This document shows positions 28,164 through 31,246 of a DNA stretch of 31,246 nucleotides, in pieces; position 1 is the stretch's first letter; the number at the start of each line of letters is the position of its first letter. Source of the DNA: Synechococcus sp. (GTDB taxonomy: Bacteria; Cyanobacteriota; Cyanobacteriia; Thermostichales; PCC-7336); assembly GCA_051439605.1 (NCBI GenBank), contig JBFRWN010000123.1:1-31246 (forward strand), read 5' to 3'. Made by a program: the position numbers and the translations under genes. The notes under the pieces were generated by a model that saw only the letters and a list, made by a program, of their open reading frames with translations, ran no database searches and was not told where the DNA came from.

Positions 28164-30800
28164 ATGCTGCAGCCCCTATCCGGTAACGAAATTCGTCAGA
28201 AGTTTCTGAATTATTTCGCCAGGAACGGACACACAATATTGCCCAGCGCGTCTTTGGTGCCAGAAGACCCGACGGTGTTGTTGACGATCGCTGGCATGCT
28301 GCCCTTCAAGCCAATTTTCTTGGGACAGAGGGAGGCTGAGGTGCCCCGTGCCACCACCTCGCAGAAATGCATTCGCACCAATGACATTGAGAATGTCGGT
28401 CGCACGGCCCGACACCACACCTTCTTTGAAATGCTGGGCAATTTCAGCTTTGGCGACTATTTCAAAAAAGAAGCGATCGCCTGGGCTTGGGAGCTCGTCA
28501 CCAAAGAGTTCGGCCTCCCCCCCGAGCGTTTAGTCGCCAGCGTGTTTCGCGAAGATGACGAAGCCTACAGCATTTGGCGGGACGATATTGGCCTCCCCGA
28601 AACCCACATCCGCCGCATGGGTGAAGTCGATAACTTCTGGGCGGCTGGCCCCACTGGACCCTGTGGCCCTTGCTCGGAGATTTACTACGACTTCAAACCA
28701 GAGGAAGGGGACACCGATATCGATCTGGAGGATGATTCTCGCTTTCTAGAGATCTACAACCTCGTATTTATGGAGCTCAATCGGGATGCAACTGGTAAAA
28801 CTACACCGTTAGCCAACCAAAACATCGATACGGGCTTGGGCCTCGAGCGCATGGCTCAGGTGTTGCAGGGAGTGCCGAACAACTACGAAACCGACTTGGT
28901 CTTCCCGATCGTGCAGGCTGCAGCAGATATTGCAGGCATCGACTACTTCAAGAGCAATGAAGAAACCAAAGTCTCGTTGAAGGTGATTGGGGACCATGTG
29001 CGGGCGGTAGTGCACATGATTGGCGACACCATCACTGCGTCTAATGTGGGTCGGGGTTACATCTTGCGACGATTAATTCGGCGAATTGTGCGCCACGGTC
29101 GGTTAATTGGTATCAGTCGTCCGTTCGTGGCGCAGGTGGCGCAGGTGGCGATCGCCCTCTTTGAAGACGCCTATCCCGACCTGAAAGCCAGAGCAGACCT
29201 TATTAAGGCGGAGCTAAATCGCGAAGAGGAACAGTTCCTCAAGACGCTCGATCGCGGCGAAAAACTGCTGGCAGAGATTCTGGCTCGCCCAGAGACTCAG
29301 AAAAGCAAAACAATCTCTGGCCGCGATGCGTTTGTGTTGTACGACACCTACGGCTTCCCCTTAGAACTCACGGAGGAGGTTGCCGAAGAGCAGGGCATAG
29401 GGGTGGACAAAGCTGGCTTCGATGTGGAAATGGACAAGCAGAAACAGCAGGCCAAGGATGCCGCAGAAACGGTGGATGTCACCATTCAAGGGGCACTGGA
29501 TAAGCTAGCTAACGAACTGGAAGCGACTCAATTTTTGGGATACACCGAGCCTACTTCAGCTGCAATCGTCCAGGCCATTGTGGCCGGGGGTGGCAGTGAA
29601 GAGTCTGCAGGTGCGGGTAGCGAAGTGCAGGTAGTGCTGGACAAAACGCCGTTTTATGCAGAGTCGGGCGGCCAAGTGGGCGATCGCGGCTACCTGCTGG
29701 GGGATGACCTAGTGGTGCGCATCGAAGACGTCCAGAAGAAAGATGGAGTGTTCATTCACTTTGGCAAAGTGGAACGCGGCAGTTTGGCGGTGGGCGATAC
29801 CATCAAGGCCACCATCGATCGCGATTGCCGTCGCGGAGCTCAAATTCACCACACTGCCACCCACCTGCTGCAGGCTGCTCTCAAATCAATCGTAGACGAG
29901 TCCATTTCTCAGGCGGGCTCGCTGGTGGCCTTCGATCGCCTGCGATTTGACTTCAATGCCCCCCAAGGATTAAGCGCCGATCAGGTGGAACAGGTGGAAG
30001 CCCAGATCAACCGTTGGATTGGCGAGGCCCACGGCACCGAGATTGCCGAAATGCCCATTGCAGATGCCAAAGCGAAAGGTGCTGTGGCCATGTTTGGCGA
30101 AAAGTATGGAGACGTTGTCCGGGTGATCGACGTTCCTGGCGTATCGATGGAGTTATGTGGGGGAACCCACGTCCGCAACACCGCAGAAATTGGTGTCGTG
30201 AAGATTATCTCTGAGTCTGGCGTTTCCGCCGGGGTAAGACGTATCGAAGCAGTCGCTGGACCCGCAGTGTTGCCCTACATCAACGAGCGGGATGTAGTGG
30301 TAAGAGAGCTGACTGCCCGCTTCAAAACCAAGCCGCAGGAAATTCCCGATCGCGTCACCGTCCTTCAAGACGAGCTGAAAGCAGCCCAAAAACAGGTGGC
30401 TCAATTGAAAAGCGAACTGGCGATCGCCAGTGCCTCGTCATTAGTTGAACAAGCTCAGATTCTTGGAGAGTTCAAAGCGTTAGTCGCAGAGATTCCGGGT
30501 GCTGAGGCGGATGCATTGAAGTCAGCTGCCAGTACATTGCTACAAAAATTAGGGGAGGGTGGAGCTGTCGTCCTAGGTTCCGCGCCAGCTGACGGCAAGG
30601 TGGCTTGGGTGGCATCCTTTAGCCCCGAGGTGAATAAGGCCGGGTTGCAGGCTGGCAAGTTTATTGGGACTATCGCCAAGATTACCGGCGGTGGCGGTGG
30701 CGGACGGCCAAACTTTGCCCAAGCCGGGGGACGCGACGCAAGCAAGCTCCCCGAAGCGTTGGAGGTGGCCCGCACTCAATTAACTGAAGCGTTGGGATAG
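28164..30800 (+). CDS. alaS: Alanine--tRNA ligase
   Basis: [66 protein letters not shown]. Confidence 0.99.
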   Translation: MLQPLSGNEIRQKFLNYFARNGHTILPSASLVPEDPTVLLTIAGMLPFKPIFLGQREAEVPRATTSQKCIRTNDIENVGRTARHHTFFEMLGNFSFGDYFKKEAIAWAWELVTKEFGLPPERLVASVFREDDEAYSIWRDDIGLPETHIRRMGEVDNFWAAGPTGPCGPCSEIYYDFKPEEGDTDIDLEDDSRFLEIYNLVFMELNRDATGKTTPLANQNIDTGLGLERMAQVLQGVPNNYETDLVFPIVQAAADIAGIDYFKSNEETKVSLKVIGDHVRAVVHMIGDTITASNVGRGYILRRLIRRIVRHGRLIGISRPFVAQVAQVAIALFEDAYPDLKARADLIKAELNREEEQFLKTLDRGEKLLAEILARPETQKSKTISGRDAFVLYDTYGFPLELTEEVAEEQGIGVDKAGFDVEMDKQKQQAKDAAETVDVTIQGALDKLANELEATQFLGYTEPTSAAIVQAIVAGGGSEESAGAGSEVQVVLDKTPFYAESGGQVGDRGYLLGDDLVVRIEDVQKKDGVFIHFGKVERGSLAVGDTIKATIDRDCRRGAQIHHTATHLLQAALKSIVDESISQAGSLVAFDRLRFDFNAPQGLSADQVEQVEAQINRWIGEAHGTEIAEMPIADAKAKGAVAMFGEKYGDVVRVIDVPGVSMELCGGTHVRNTAEIGVVKIISESGVSAGVRRIEAVAGPAVLPYINERDVVVRELTARFKTKPQEIPDRVTVLQDELKAAQKQVAQLKSELAIASASSLVEQAQILGEFKALVAEIPGAEADALKSAASTLLQKLGEGGAVVLGSAPADGKVAWVASFSPEVNKAGLQAGKFIGTIAKITGGGGGGRPNFAQAGGRDASKLPEALEVARTQLTEALG

Positions 30801-30849
30801 AAGAGAGCAACGTCCGATAACGGATAATTTCGAATCTGAAGGGATCGAG

Positions 30850-30878
30850 CCTCTCGCCGAAATTTGGGAGAAGGGTTT
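30850..30878. repeat. Degenerate CCTCTC...GGGAGA(A)GGG hairpin repeat
   Basis: cctctcgccgaaatttgggagaagggttt resembles the hairpin at 30949-30973. Confidence 0.5.
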
Positions 30879-30919
30879 CGAGCGATCGCGATTGATGGTC
30901 CACGAGTTCAACCTAAACC

Positions 30920-31054
30920 AACCTGAGTTCGATGGCCCTCTCCCCTAACCCCTCTCCCGGCTCGGGAAAGGGGAACAAGAGCCTCGAAAGCCTATATTTC
31001 CTTTCAAGTAGCCCCAGAATTTGCATGAGGGGCTAATTCTATCGAACTGGCGTT
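30920..31054. mobile_element. MITE/REP-like non-coding element with imperfect terminal inverted repeats
   Basis: Left AACCTGAGTTCGAT (30920-30933) vs right ATCGAACTGGCGTT (31041-31054), 11/14 inverted match; internal hairpin CCCCTCTCCCG-gct-CGGGAAAGGGG. Confidence 0.6.
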
Positions 31055-31246
31055 AAACCAGTTCCTCAGCGTTCTCCAATCCCGCCAGAAACTCCTGTTG
31101 TAGAGTATCGGCGTGCTTTACCACTCGCTTGTACCAGCGGAGGGTAATCTCCCGCTTCTCTCGATCGGATAATTGCCAAGTCACTTGCGATGCCCGCAAT
31201 TTTCGGGTCAGGTCATACAGGCAGATGGCTGCGCTCACGGACAAAT
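31053..31246 (-). CDS. trmH: SpoU/TrmH-family RNA methyltransferase, 3' end only (cut by the window edge)
   Basis: LSVSAAICLY corresponds to the end of the SPOUT motif (S-L-N-L/V-S-V-S/A-A), followed by a TrmH-like tail. Confidence 0.7.
   Translation of the reverse strand, partial: LSVSAAICLYDLTRKLRASQVTWQLSDREKREITLRWYKRVVKHADTLQQEFLAGLENAEELV

Overview
Cyanobacterial chromosomal segment. Evidence: more than 20 HIP1 GCGATCGC octamers, psb28, CP12, a pentapeptide-repeat protein and a cyanobacterial-type squalene synthase. It is mostly housekeeping genes: usp, mnmE, infC, DUF3122, S4 protein, psb28, GNAT, sqs, pdxA, yraN, ftsY, grxC, ilvB, DUF2227, alpha/beta hydrolase, HTH-acidic protein, surE, FIST, fabI, ilvC, coaBC, larB/cpmA, TerC family, hemH, cp12, alaS and a partial trmH. 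I see no rRNA, tRNA, CRISPR array, prophage or transposase, and I cannot support a clear novel multi-gene system. Best leads: (i) a ~135-bp MITE/REP-like element with imperfect terminal inverted repeats between alaS and trmH, with a related end at ~5.07 kb; (ii) a decayed 3.7-4.4 kb interval holding an internally deleted SDR gene and a possible structured RNA; (iii) domain variants: IlvB with a C-terminal Zn ribbon, ferrochelatase without the CAB tail, CP12 with only the C-terminal Cys pair; (iv) an orphan GNAT behind an ~840-bp AT-rich spacer. All family assignments are by motif recognition from memory, not database searches.
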